A stretch of DNA of 64,000 nt from Bacilli bacterium (GTDB lineage: Bacteria > Bacillota_I > Bacilli_A > RFN20 > DUOF01), in NCBI GenBank assembly GCA_045128835.1, contig JBGVRX010000011.1:31548-95547 (forward strand). Direction: 5' to 3'. The translations under genes were made by a program, and so were the position numbers. The stretch's first letter is position 1, and each line of letters opens with the position of its first letter. Shown piece after piece: positions 50,055 to 59,438 of the stretch. The notes beneath the pieces were generated by a model. That model saw only the letters and a list, made by a program, of their open reading frames with translations. It ran no database searches and was not told the origin of the DNA.

Positions 50055-51994
50055 TAATTAGCACTCCCTTCCATAAAAGTATCTTCTAACGTAAACTTAA
50101 CGTTATCTTCTATCCATTTTCTTCTTATATCAGGTTTATCCCCCATAAGTACACTAATTCTTCTTTCGGCCGCTATTGCATCATCAATAGTAACCTCAAT
50201 TAAACTTCTAGTTTCAGGATTCATTGTTGTTTCCCATAATTGATGGTAATTCATTTCTCCAAGTCCTTTATATCTTTGAATAGTGTATCCATTACCATAT
50301 TCTTTTTTATACTTGTCTAATTCTTCATCATCCCAAGCATATTTGAACTTCTCACCTTTACCAGAATTTTTACTTATCTTATATAAAGGAGGACAAGCAA
50401 TAAATACTCTTCCATTTTCAATTAAAGGTCTCATGAATCTGTAAATAAAGGTTAATATTAAAACTTGGATATGAGCTCCATCAGTATCGGCATCGGTCAT
50501 AATTATTAATTTACCATAGTTAGCATCTTTAATATTGAAATCCGCACCAACACCAGCGCCCATAGTATTAATGATCGTAGCAATCTCTTCATTCTTCATT
50601 AATTCAGCTAGTTTAGTTTTCTCACTATTAATAACTTTACCTCTTAAAGGAAGTATAGCTTGGTGATGTCTATCTCTACCTTGTTTAGCACTACCACCAG
50701 CAGAATCACCCTCTACTAAGAATAATTCATTTTTAATTTTATCTTTTGATTGAGCAGGAGTTAACTTACCACTCAAAATTCTTTCTACTTTTGCTTTTTT
50801 AATACCTCTTGCTTCATCTCTAGCTTTTCTAGCAGCTTCTCTTACTTGATAAGCTTTTAATGCTTTTTTTATCAAAGATTGAGCAACTTCTTTATTTTCA
50901 TCTAAATAAATACTAAGTTTCTCATACATCATGTTTTCTACTGAACCTTTAGCCTCACTAGTACCTAGCTTAGATTTAGTTTGACCTTCAAATTGAAGCA
51001 ATTTTTCAGGAACTTTAATAGAAACAATTGATGTTAAACCTTCTCTTATATCATTACCTTCTAAGTTTTTATCTTTTTCTTTTAATAATCCCGTTTTTCT
51101 AGCATAATCATTAAACGCTTTAGTAAAGGCAGTTTTTAAACCAACTTCATGAGTACCACCATCTTTAGTACGAACATTATTAACGAAAGACAATGTATTT
51201 TCATCATACTCTTCGCAGAATTGGAAAGAAACGTCCATTACTATACCATTAGATTCGCTACCATTAAAATATACAGGAGCGTGCAAAGGAGTTCTTGACT
51301 CATTAATAAACTCAACGAATGCTAACATACCATTTTCGTAGTGATATGTTTCTTGTTTATCATTTCTTAAATCTACTAAATTAATTTCTAAACCTTTAAG
51401 TAAAAATGCACTTTCTTTTAACCTTTCACTTATAGTATTAAAGTTAAACTCACTAGTAGAGAATATTTTAGCATCTGGCTTAAAGTGAACCATTGTACCA
51501 TGTCTATAAGTATTACCAATAATCTCTAAAGGAGTTACACATTTACCACCATTTTCAAATCTTATATGATGAATTTTACCATCTCTATAAATTGTTACAT
51601 CCATAAAAGTAGATAAAGCATTAACAACAGAGCCACCTACACCATGAAGACCACTAGATGTTTTATATCCGCCTTCTTGACCGAATTTACCACCCGCATG
51701 TAAAACTGTATATACAACTTCTGGAGTAGATTTACCAGAAGCATGCATTCCTGTTGGAACACCTCTTCCTTCATCTAGTATAGAAATTGAATTATCTTTA
51801 TAAATAGTTACTGTAATTTTATTACCATAACCTGCCATAACTTCATCAATTGCGTTGTCAACTATCTCCCAAACAAGGTGATGAAGACCGCGATAATCCG
51901 TAGATCCAATATACATACCTGGACGCTTTCTAACAGCCTCCAAACCTTCTAATATTTGTATACTACTCTCATTATAACCATTTTTTGCCGCCAC
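50054..51994 (-). CDS. parE: DNA topoisomerase IV subunit B
   Basis: EAVRKRPGMYIG, EGDSAGGSAKQGR, PLRGK, DADTDG, YKGLGEM; probable GTG start. Confidence 0.93.
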   Translation of the reverse strand: MAAKNGYNESSIQILEGLEAVRKRPGMYIGSTDYRGLHHLVWEIVDNAIDEVMAGYGNKITVTIYKDNSISILDEGRGVPTGMHASGKSTPEVVYTVLHAGGKFGQEGGYKTSSGLHGVGGSVVNALSTFMDVTIYRDGKIHHIRFENGGKCVTPLEIIGNTYRHGTMVHFKPDAKIFSTSEFNFNTISERLKESAFLLKGLEINLVDLRNDKQETYHYENGMLAFVEFINESRTPLHAPVYFNGSESNGIVMDVSFQFCEEYDENTLSFVNNVRTKDGGTHEVGLKTAFTKAFNDYARKTGLLKEKDKNLEGNDIREGLTSIVSIKVPEKLLQFEGQTKSKLGTSEAKGSVENMMYEKLSIYLDENKEVAQSLIKKALKAYQVREAARKARDEARGIKKAKVERILSGKLTPAQSKDKIKNELFLVEGDSAGGSAKQGRDRHHQAILPLRGKVINSEKTKLAELMKNEEIATIINTMGAGVGADFNIKDANYGKLIIMTDADTDGAHIQVLILTFIYRFMRPLIENGRVFIACPPLYKISKNSGKGEKFKYAWDDEELDKYKKEYGNGYTIQRYKGLGEMNYHQLWETTMNPETRSLIEVTIDDAIAAERRISVLMGDKPDIRRKWIEDNVKFTLEDTFMEGSAN

Positions 51995-52091
51995 AAAAAA
52001 AACTCCCTTCATGATTAACATATTAATTATACTAAAATTGCTTTAAAATTGCACGACATTAATATATAATTTAAATGCATGAGGTGAAACT

Positions 52092-52730
52092 ATGTATATA
52101 TTTTTAACTATTTTAATGAGTTACATTCTAGGTTCTATTCCTAACGCTCTAATCATAGGAAAAGTTTTCTTTAAAAAAGATATTAGAAACTACGGAAGTG
52201 GTAATCTTGGAGGAAGCAATTCTGGTAGAGTACTAGGAAAAAAGATTGGTTTACTAGTAATGGTTCTAGATCTATTAAAAGCTGCACTTGCTGTTGGATT
52301 AACTAGAATAATTATAGGAAATACTGATCCAGAGTTATTAAATTTGAGCATTTATTTATCTAGTGCATTTGTTTTATTAGGACACTGTTATACATGCTTT
52401 GCTGGATTTAAAGGCGGAAAAGCTGTGGCTAGTACATTTGGAGTTTTGCTTATAACTAATATTTATATTTTCTTAATATGTCTTGTGCTATATGCAATAT
52501 TATTGAAATTAACAAAATTAGTTTCGTTAAGTTCAATAATTATATTCTTTATAGCAGCTGCACTAACTTTGATTCCTGCATTTAGATACTCACCTTTATT
52601 AAGTGTAAATCTAGATATGTTTTATTGTTTAACACTTCTTTTAGTAGCATGTTTCGTTGTATATAGACATCGTTCTAACATAGAAAGACTAAGAAAAGGT
52701 ACAGAAAACAAAATAACTTGGATGAAATAG
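52092..52730 (+). CDS. plsY: Glycerol-3-phosphate acyltransferase PlsY
   Basis: GSIP, GSGNLG, FKGGKAVA, HRSNIERL. Confidence 0.95.
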   Translation: MYIFLTILMSYILGSIPNALIIGKVFFKKDIRNYGSGNLGGSNSGRVLGKKIGLLVMVLDLLKAALAVGLTRIIIGNTDPELLNLSIYLSSAFVLLGHCYTCFAGFKGGKAVASTFGVLLITNIYIFLICLVLYAILLKLTKLVSLSSIIIFFIAAALTLIPAFRYSPLLSVNLDMFYCLTLLLVACFVVYRHRSNIERLRKGTENKITWMK

Positions 52731-52737
52731 ATAAAAC

Positions 52738-52763
52738 AAAAGGTTCCAATCGGAACCTTTTTT
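52738..52763. terminator. Bidirectional terminator plsY/yneF
   Basis: aaaaggttcc-aatc-ggaacctttt. Confidence 0.8.
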
Positions 52764-52768
52764 ATTGC

Positions 52769-52984
52769 TTATTTATATCTATTCATTGAATTCATTACTT
52801 GTTTAATTTGAGTTTCAGATGGTTTTCTACCCATTTGCATAAACATAGCACGAATCATTTTTTCGTTAATTGGAGGATTCTTCTTTAATTGAGTAGCAAA
52901 TACTTTTCTAGCAATAAAGAAACCTGCAACACCGCCAACAAGAACACCTAATAATAAATATAATAAATTAGCCCACATATTCAA
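52769..52984 (-). CDS. yneF: YneF/UPF0154 protein
   Basis: GFFIAR...KNPPINEKMIRAMFMQMGRKPSE. Confidence 0.92.
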   Translation of the reverse strand: MNMWANLLYLLLGVLVGGVAGFFIARKVFATQLKKNPPINEKMIRAMFMQMGRKPSETQIKQVMNSMNRYK

Positions 52985-53013
52985 ACCTCATTTCTTTCTT
53001 TATTTTACCTAAT

Positions 53014-53424
53014 CTAAATTGAACTTACAAGTCCAATTCTATCAATTTTATAATTATTTACATCTATACCTACTAAATCAGGAAAATTATCTGCTAAAGT
53101 TCTAATAAACGGACTAATCTCATAATCCGTTTCTATCACTATAGCATTATGTAACAACGTTAATTTTTCATCATTAGATGTAATAAAGTTATTCAAAGAA
53201 AAGACATTCCTATCTACGAAAAAGTCTCTTCTTGATTCAAATTTATTTTTTAAAACATCACCTATTTTAAGAACATCTAGTTCTTTAACAAATAGATCAA
53301 ACTGTTTAGCATAAAACGATGATTCTTCTTTTCTAAAAAAAAGTTCTAGAAAGGCTTTTAAATTATCACCTTTAAATAAATTATAAAAATCATCCTCTAT
53401 CAAATAAAAATAATACTTTTTCAT
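53014..53424 (-). CDS. sirA: Sporulation inhibitor of replication SirA-like protein
   Basis: YYFYLIEDDF N-terminus resembles SirA; tkt-sirA-yneF synteny; upstream Spo0A box. Confidence 0.7.
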   Translation of the reverse strand: MKKYYFYLIEDDFYNLFKGDNLKAFLELFFRKEESSFYAKQFDLFVKELDVLKIGDVLKNKFESRRDFFVDRNVFSLNNFITSNDEKLTLLHNAIVIETDYEISPFIRTLADNFPDLVGIDVNNYKIDRIGLVSSI

Positions 53425-53456
53425 CATATCACCAATAATATTATCCATATTAAAGA

Positions 53457-53463
53457 TGTCGAA
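53457..53463 (+). promoter_or_regulatory. Spo0A box upstream of sirA
   Basis: Perfect TGTCGAA in the short tkt-sirA gap; sirA is Spo0A-activated in B. subtilis. Confidence 0.65.
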
Positions 53464-53474
53464 ATTTATCTAAT

Positions 53475-55424
53475 TTACTTAACTATTTTTCTTATTTTTG
53501 AATAAACACTTTCAAAATCAAATCCCATAGCCTTTATAACATCACTAGCTTTAGCACTCTTACCAAAAGTATCTAAACCAATATTATATTTTCCATACTT
53601 GCTCCATCCCATTGTAGACAACATTTCAAGAGTTATTGTTTTATTGTATGGATTACACAAAATACTTTTTTGATACTTTTTGCTTTGTTTTTCAAACATA
53701 TACCAAGATGGCATAGAAACAACATTAATATCTATATTTTCTTCTTTTAATTTATCATATACATCAAGCGCAAGATTAACTTCACTACCGCTCGCAATTA
53801 CTGTATATTTACCATTTTCGCTATATCTAACAAAATATGCACCTTTATTAAATTCTTCTTCACTAGCAATATGCTTTGTTTTTAAATTTTGTCTTGTAAG
53901 GATAAGCGCTACTGGATTATTGCTATTAAACGCAACCTTATATGCAAGTTTAGTTTCACACTCATTACATGGTCTAATAACATTGAAAGAAGGAATACTT
54001 CTAAGCATTGCTAATTGTTCAATAGGCTCATGAGTTGGCCCATCTTCTCCTACTGCAATTGAATCATGAGAGAATAAATAAACATTGTTCAAATGCATTA
54101 AAGATGCCATTCTTAAACTTGGCTTCATGTAGTCACTAAAGACTAAGAAACTACCACCAAAAGTACTTAAACCACCATGTAATAAAATACCATTGTTGAT
54201 ACTACCCATAGCAAACTCTCTAATTCCATAATTCATTATTTGTCCATCAAAACTATCTTTACTAATACAAGTAGAATTATCTAGATTTGTCATAACAGAT
54301 TTAGCCACATCCGCACTTCCACCAATAATGAATTCATTTGAATCTGCTAGTAAATTAAGCATTGCTTTAGAAGCATTACGCGTAGAGATTTCTTTATCCA
54401 TGATTGTTTCATAGTTATCCAAAGAACTAAAATCTATTTCTTTATTTAAGCATTTCATTAATCTAGAATAATCGCTTGGATATTTAGCTTCATATTCTTT
54501 CAATAATTTACTCCATCTAGAGTATTCTTTTTTTCCTCTTTTAACAAAATTATCTTCGAAATCTTTATACGATTCTTCGCTATACTCAAATGTAGTATTT
54601 ACTTCTAATTTATTTTTTAATTCTCTTAAATCTTCTTCATCTAATGGGGCTCCATGAACTTTACATGTTCCTTGATATTTACTACCTTCACCGATTATTG
54701 TTTTTACAATAATAAGATTTGGTCTATCACTCTTCTTAGCTTCATTTATTGCTTTCCCCACTGAATATGGTTCATTATTTTCAATATTAATTACATTAAA
54801 ACCACAAGCATCAAATCTTTGTGCTACATTTTCACTAAATGAATTTGACAAAGGCCCATCTAAAGTAACATCATTAGCATCATAAATAATAATTAGTTTA
54901 TTTAGTTTCAAGTTCCCTGCTAAAGAAATTGCTTCTTGAGTAACACCTTCTTGCATATCACCATCACCACATAAAACATATGTATAATGATCAAACAATT
55001 CAATATCTTCTTTATTAAACAAACTAGCTAGTTTTCTTTCTGCAATCGCACTACCTATTCCCATAGGAATTCCTTGTCCTAAAGGACCTGAAGTAGCATC
55101 AACTCCATCAGTAACATCACATTCTGGGTGTCCTGGGGTTAATGAATCTAATTTTCTAAAGTTTTTCAAATCATCCATGCTAATTTTATAGCCACACAAA
55201 TGCAATACATTATATAACAAACTAGAAGCATGTCCACTAGCTAATATAAATCTATCTCTATTTATCCATTTACTTTTCTTAGGATATGCAGTTAAAAAAC
55301 GATTATATAAAGTGTACATAATAGGTGCACTACTAAGTGCCATACCAGGATGTCCACTTTTAGCATTACAAATAGTATCCATTGTAACAGCTTTCAATTC
55401 GTTAATTGTTTTCATTTTTGTCAT
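53475..55424 (-). CDS. tkt: Transketolase
   Basis: SGHPG, RDRFILASGH, TPGHPE, GDGDMQEG, GIREFAM, GEDGPTH. Confidence 0.96.
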   Translation of the reverse strand: MTKMKTINELKAVTMDTICNAKSGHPGMALSSAPIMYTLYNRFLTAYPKKSKWINRDRFILASGHASSLLYNVLHLCGYKISMDDLKNFRKLDSLTPGHPECDVTDGVDATSGPLGQGIPMGIGSAIAERKLASLFNKEDIELFDHYTYVLCGDGDMQEGVTQEAISLAGNLKLNKLIIIYDANDVTLDGPLSNSFSENVAQRFDACGFNVINIENNEPYSVGKAINEAKKSDRPNLIIVKTIIGEGSKYQGTCKVHGAPLDEEDLRELKNKLEVNTTFEYSEESYKDFEDNFVKRGKKEYSRWSKLLKEYEAKYPSDYSRLMKCLNKEIDFSSLDNYETIMDKEISTRNASKAMLNLLADSNEFIIGGSADVAKSVMTNLDNSTCISKDSFDGQIMNYGIREFAMGSINNGILLHGGLSTFGGSFLVFSDYMKPSLRMASLMHLNNVYLFSHDSIAVGEDGPTHEPIEQLAMLRSIPSFNVIRPCNECETKLAYKVAFNSNNPVALILTRQNLKTKHIASEEEFNKGAYFVRYSENGKYTVIASGSEVNLALDVYDKLKEENIDINVVSMPSWYMFEKQSKKYQKSILCNPYNKTITLEMLSTMGWSKYGKYNIGLDTFGKSAKASDVIKAMGFDFESVYSKIRKIVK

Positions 55425-55599
55425 TCTCCTTTACAACTTTAATAGATTCTAATCTTTGTCTAAATCCCTCTCTAAAAAGTCTTAAGTACTCTTTTCTTAA
55501 CTCTGCTTGTTCTGCCAATTCTTCTTCAGTTAATCCTTCTTCAGTTTTACTTTTATTAGCTAAAAAATTTATTCTATCTATTAATTTTTGATCAATCAT
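55402..55599 (-). CDS. DUF896/YnzC-family protein
   Basis: RINFLANK...GLTEEE...LRKEYL; upstream of tkt. Confidence 0.9.
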   Translation of the reverse strand: MIDQKLIDRINFLANKSKTEEGLTEEELAEQAELRKEYLRLFREGFRQRLESIKVVKENDKNENN

Positions 55600-55951
55600 T
55601 TTCCTTCTCCTTTACATAATTACTTGCTTCTTCATAAGTAGGAAACTTTCTAATAGTACGTTCACTACCAACTTTTCTAACCTTAAAAGACCCATCAATT
55701 TCAACGATTTCATAATCACTAAGTTTTTCTTCTTTTTTATCTTCCTTAACTGCCTCTACAACTGAAGCAGTTTCTTCTTTACTCACTTCAACTTTTTCTT
55801 GTTCTTCGCTGACAATTGGCTTGTTTTCTACAACTTTATCCGTCTTTATAAATAGCCACACAATTAAAGCTAAAACAGCTAAAGAAAATACGATAAGCCA
55901 TATTAATCCAAAAGTATTTCCAAACATTTTTTCTAAAAACATATTAATCAC
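55592..55951 (-). CDS. Membrane-anchored protein with DUF2188-like C-terminal domain
   Basis: N-terminal TM, charged linker, FKVRKVGSERTIRKFPTYEEA. Confidence 0.55.
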   Translation of the reverse strand: MINMFLEKMFGNTFGLIWLIVFSLAVLALIVWLFIKTDKVVENKPIVSEEQEKVEVSKEETASVVEAVKEDKKEEKLSDYEIVEIDGSFKVRKVGSERTIRKFPTYEEASNYVKEKEND

Positions 55952-55975
55952 CCATAACTATTATAAATAATAAAC

Positions 55976-56004
55976 AAAAAAAAAGACAGTTTTACCTGTC
56001 TTTT
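55976..56004 (-). terminator. Terminator after greA
   Basis: aaaagacag/ctgtctttt stem. Confidence 0.7.
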
Positions 56005-56022
56005 CTCTTTTAATAGTTTAAA

Positions 56023-56499
56023 TTAATTCTTTTCAATTGCTAAAATTTCTACTTTGTATGGTCTAGCAACTTCAACTTCTACAGTTTCACCAATTTTATG
56101 TCCTAAAATTGCTTTTGCTAAAGGTGCTTCATTAGAAATTTTATTTTCCATTGGATTTGCTTCAATAACGCCAACGATTTCATAAGTTTCTTCTTCATCG
56201 AAATCAATTAATCTTACTGTAACACAAGAACCAACTTGAACTGTTTTTGTAGAACCCTTTTCTTTGATTAACTCATAATTATCTAAAATAGCTTCAATTT
56301 CTTTAATTCTAGCTTCAATTCTAGCTTGTCCTTCTCTAGCTGCATCATAATCTGCATTTTCAGATAAATCACCTAATGCTCTTGCTTCTACTAATTCTTT
56401 AGTAATTGCAGGTCTTTCAACATCTAATAAATGTCTGTATTCTGCTTCTAACTTAGCTACGCCCTCTTTTGTTAATTGAAATTTTTCCATATAACTCAA
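56023..56499 (-). CDS. greA: Transcription elongation factor GreA
   Basis: ARALGDLSENADY, ISNEAPLAKAILG. Confidence 0.96.
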   Translation of the reverse strand: MSYMEKFQLTKEGVAKLEAEYRHLLDVERPAITKELVEARALGDLSENADYDAAREGQARIEARIKEIEAILDNYELIKEKGSTKTVQVGSCVTVRLIDFDEEETYEIVGVIEANPMENKISNEAPLAKAILGHKIGETVEVEVARPYKVEILAIEKN

Positions 56500-56645
56500 C
56501 TCCCCTATTCAATTAAATACTTCACGGATTATAGCATTAAAATAAGTAAAAGACAAGTTTTTAAAACAAATTAATTTTTATTTAAAATAAAAAAAGATTT
56601 CACCTAGTTTATCACCAAATAAAATCCTCTTAATATTACATTTTT

Positions 56646-56891
56646 TTACTCTTCTTCATCTAAGAATGATTCTAAAACTTCATTAGCAAGTTCCCATTCT
56701 TCTTCACTTTCAAGTTCACTTAATTCATGAGTTTCTTCATTGTATCTAAATGGTAGAACATCACCGTTTTCATCATTTTCATCATAATAAAGAACATATT
56801 TATATCCTAACTCTTCGCTTTCAAAAGTTAAAAGAATAGTCAATTCAACTTCTGTTCCATCTTCTTTAGTAATTAAAATTTTATCATCCAT
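56646..56891 (-). CDS. DUF1292-family protein
   Basis: Acidic; ILLTFESEELGYKYVLY...ESEEEW; follows ruvX. Confidence 0.85.
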   Translation of the reverse strand: MDDKILITKEDGTEVELTILLTFESEELGYKYVLYYDENDENGDVLPFRYNEETHELSELESEEEWELANEVLESFLDEEE

Positions 56892-56903
56892 TTTGTTTTC
56901 CTC

Positions 56904-57323
56904 CTATTTTTTACTATCTAAGTAGTTTTGTAAAATAACTACCGCAGCCATCTTATCGATAATTTGCTTTCTTTTATTTCTTGATAAATCAAATTCAAGA
57001 AGTCTATTTTGAGCTAATTTTGTTGTCCATCTTTCATCAACTAGAACAACTTCTAACCCCAAATTATCAATTATCTTATTTCTAAAATCTTCGCAAAGAA
57101 GCGCCTTATCTCCAATATCACCATTCATGTGTTTAGGATACCCCAAAACAATTTTACTTACTTTTCTTTCTTTAGCTATTTCTACAACTCTTCTTAGCGC
57201 ACTTTCAAAGTCATCTTCTTTAAAACGAAATGTTTCTACTGCACTAGCAATCATCTCTAAACTATCCGAAATAGCAATACCAATTGTCCTTGTTCCTAAG
57301 TCCAAACCTAAAATCTTACCCAC
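56904..57323 (-). CDS. ruvX: YqgF/RuvX nuclease
   Basis: GLDLGTRTIGIAISD, DERWTT, DKMAAVVILQ. Confidence 0.95.
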   Translation of the reverse strand: MGKILGLDLGTRTIGIAISDSLEMIASAVETFRFKEDDFESALRRVVEIAKERKVSKIVLGYPKHMNGDIGDKALLCEDFRNKIIDNLGLEVVLVDERWTTKLAQNRLLEFDLSRNKRKQIIDKMAAVVILQNYLDSKK

Positions 57324-57430
57324 AAAGCACTCTCCTCACGAATTAATTATATCACCGTTTTAAAAAAATTACATATTTATTATATATAAAAAGGTTTTTT
57401 AGCAAAAAAATAGTATAATAAAAAAAGGAA

Positions 57431-58267
57431 GTGATTGTAATGGTAAGAGTTATTGCTACTGACTTAGATGGAACTTTATTAACCCCTAGAAAAAAATTTA
57501 CTTTAGTTGCAAAAGAAAATAAAGATTATCTAAAAAATTTCTACGGAGATATTGTTTTGGTTTCGGGCAGAAATCCTCGTTTTTGTGCAAAAATTTGTAA
57601 TTGTCTTAAAATACACCACAATTTTGTTGCTCTTAATGGCGCACTTATTGTAAAAAACGGAAATGTAATTTATAGGCAATCAATGAAAAAAACAGGCTTA
57701 GTTGCTATGTTAGAATTTTTAAAAGCCTATTACACAAATTTTGAATTATTGATTTTTGACAAATATGATAGAATCGTATGCTACTCACCAATGAAGAAAA
57801 GCAAAATAAAAATCAAACATTTCAAGCATTTTATGAAGCATGGTCGTTTGCACGAAAAGATAATTGTAAACAACAAACTTGCTTTAAAACTATTAAACAA
57901 CAATGTTGATATTCATAAAGCTATAATTTATGGAGATCATTGTGATGACATGTACAATTTACTAAAAAAAGAATTCAGTGAACACTTTGCTTTCTTCCCT
58001 AGCCACCACTCAATTGAAGTGTCTCCTATCGGAGTAAGTAAGGGAGATGCTTTGAATTATCTTATAAATACAACTAAAGTAAAAAAAGATGAAGTATTTG
58101 TTGTCGGAGACAGTGCCAATGATTTAACTATGTTTGAACAATTTAAAAATTCATTTGTAATGGACACTGCCGAAAACTATATTAAAGCAAAAGCAAAACA
58201 TACTATACACAATTTCACAGATTTAAGTAAGTTCACAACTTTGAACAACAATTTTAAAGAGGTATAA
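57431..58267 (+). CDS. Cof-type HAD-IIB hydrolase
   Basis: DLDGTL, SGR, NGA, SKG, GDSAND. Confidence 0.9.
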   Translation: MIVMVRVIATDLDGTLLTPRKKFTLVAKENKDYLKNFYGDIVLVSGRNPRFCAKICNCLKIHHNFVALNGALIVKNGNVIYRQSMKKTGLVAMLEFLKAYYTNFELLIFDKYDRIVCYSPMKKSKIKIKHFKHFMKHGRLHEKIIVNNKLALKLLNNNVDIHKAIIYGDHCDDMYNLLKKEFSEHFAFFPSHHSIEVSPIGVSKGDALNYLINTTKVKKDEVFVVGDSANDLTMFEQFKNSFVMDTAENYIKAKAKHTIHNFTDLSKFTTLNNNFKEV

Positions 58268-58269
58268 AA

Positions 58270-58992
58270 ATGGACTACTTCAATTACACTTTTTTTGAAA
58301 TACTAAAATACAAAATTGAATTTTCTTCTTGCCTAGAATACGCAACTGAATCTTATGAATTAAAAAAGGAAGAACTAGAAAAGAACATATCTTATTTAAA
58401 AAATAATTTAGAAAGCGGCATGTATAAAGAAATTGTCACTTCTTTATTTACAAACTGCGATATAATAAATGAAAATTTATCAATATTTTTTAAAAATTTT
58501 TCAATTTCAAAAATAATTAAATTAACAAAAGCAAAAAAAATAGCACCAAGAATCTCATACATTAAATCTATAGTGGACTGCAATCATACTTTAGGCAATA
58601 TCATTAAAAGTTTTTTAACCGAAGAAGAATTAAAAAACAAACTGGATAAAAAAATATTGCAATTACTCAAAACGCATGAAAAACATTATAATCATTTCTT
58701 ATATTTTATTGTTTATAATATGTATATCTGTTCCCTTTATCCAAATAAATCGAAATTAAAATATAAAGAAGAAGACATCAAAGATATAGTTGGATTATTA
58801 AAATATTGTAATAACGAAAACATATTTGATAATTCTTTGAAAGTTTTAGAAAAAAATATTGAATTAGATATAAATAATGAATTCGAAAAAATCTCCAACA
58901 AATGCATAGAATTAGAGAATGAGTTGGATAAAGAAACAAAAGAAGTTATAAACTTGTTGAATTCACAATTAGAAAAAAGCAAAAATTCTTAA
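58270..58992 (+). CDS. Hypothetical helical protein
   Basis: 240-aa ORF 2 nt after the HAD gene with GAGG RBS. Confidence 0.65.
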   Translation: MDYFNYTFFEILKYKIEFSSCLEYATESYELKKEELEKNISYLKNNLESGMYKEIVTSLFTNCDIINENLSIFFKNFSISKIIKLTKAKKIAPRISYIKSIVDCNHTLGNIIKSFLTEEELKNKLDKKILQLLKTHEKHYNHFLYFIVYNMYICSLYPNKSKLKYKEEDIKDIVGLLKYCNNENIFDNSLKVLEKNIELDINNEFEKISNKCIELENELDKETKEVINLLNSQLEKSKNS

Positions 58993-59056
58993 TTAAGATT
59001 GTAAAAACAATATAATTTTGTTATCATAAATAAGTAATTTTAAGGAGACGAAAGAC

Positions 59057-59332
59057 ATGAAAAAAATAGACTTCAAAAAAATAAATTATAAAAAAATCAT
59101 TTATATTACAGTTCTAGTTGTACTAGGAATTATCTTCGTTGGAGCTCTTACTTTTGGTTCAATTGCAGCATTTGCTGGAGAAACAAGAGAAAGCATTGAA
59201 GTATGGTATGCTGGCAAATTTGAGAAAGAAATATCTTTACTAAAACAATCTATAATTTGGTTATTGGTATCAAGTTCATTATTAGTATTCATTTTATCTT
59301 TCAAAGATTTCAAAAACAAATATTTAAATTAA
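59057..59332 (+). CDS. Small two-TM membrane protein
   Basis: AGGAG RBS, two hydrophobic segments, terminator directly after. Confidence 0.65.
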   Translation: MKKIDFKKINYKKIIYITVLVVLGIIFVGALTFGSIAAFAGETRESIEVWYAGKFEKEISLLKQSIIWLLVSSSLLVFILSFKDFKNKYLN

Positions 59333-59353
59333 GCAACTTAGGTTGCTTTTTTT
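59331..59353 (+). terminator. Rho-independent terminator
   Basis: aagcaac-ttag-gttgctt plus T-run. Confidence 0.75.
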
Positions 59354-59438
59354 ATTCTTAAACAAATTACAAATACTTTATTTGTAAATATTATAAATAT
59401 AATTTAATCATGCTATAATGAAATTGTGGTGATATAGT

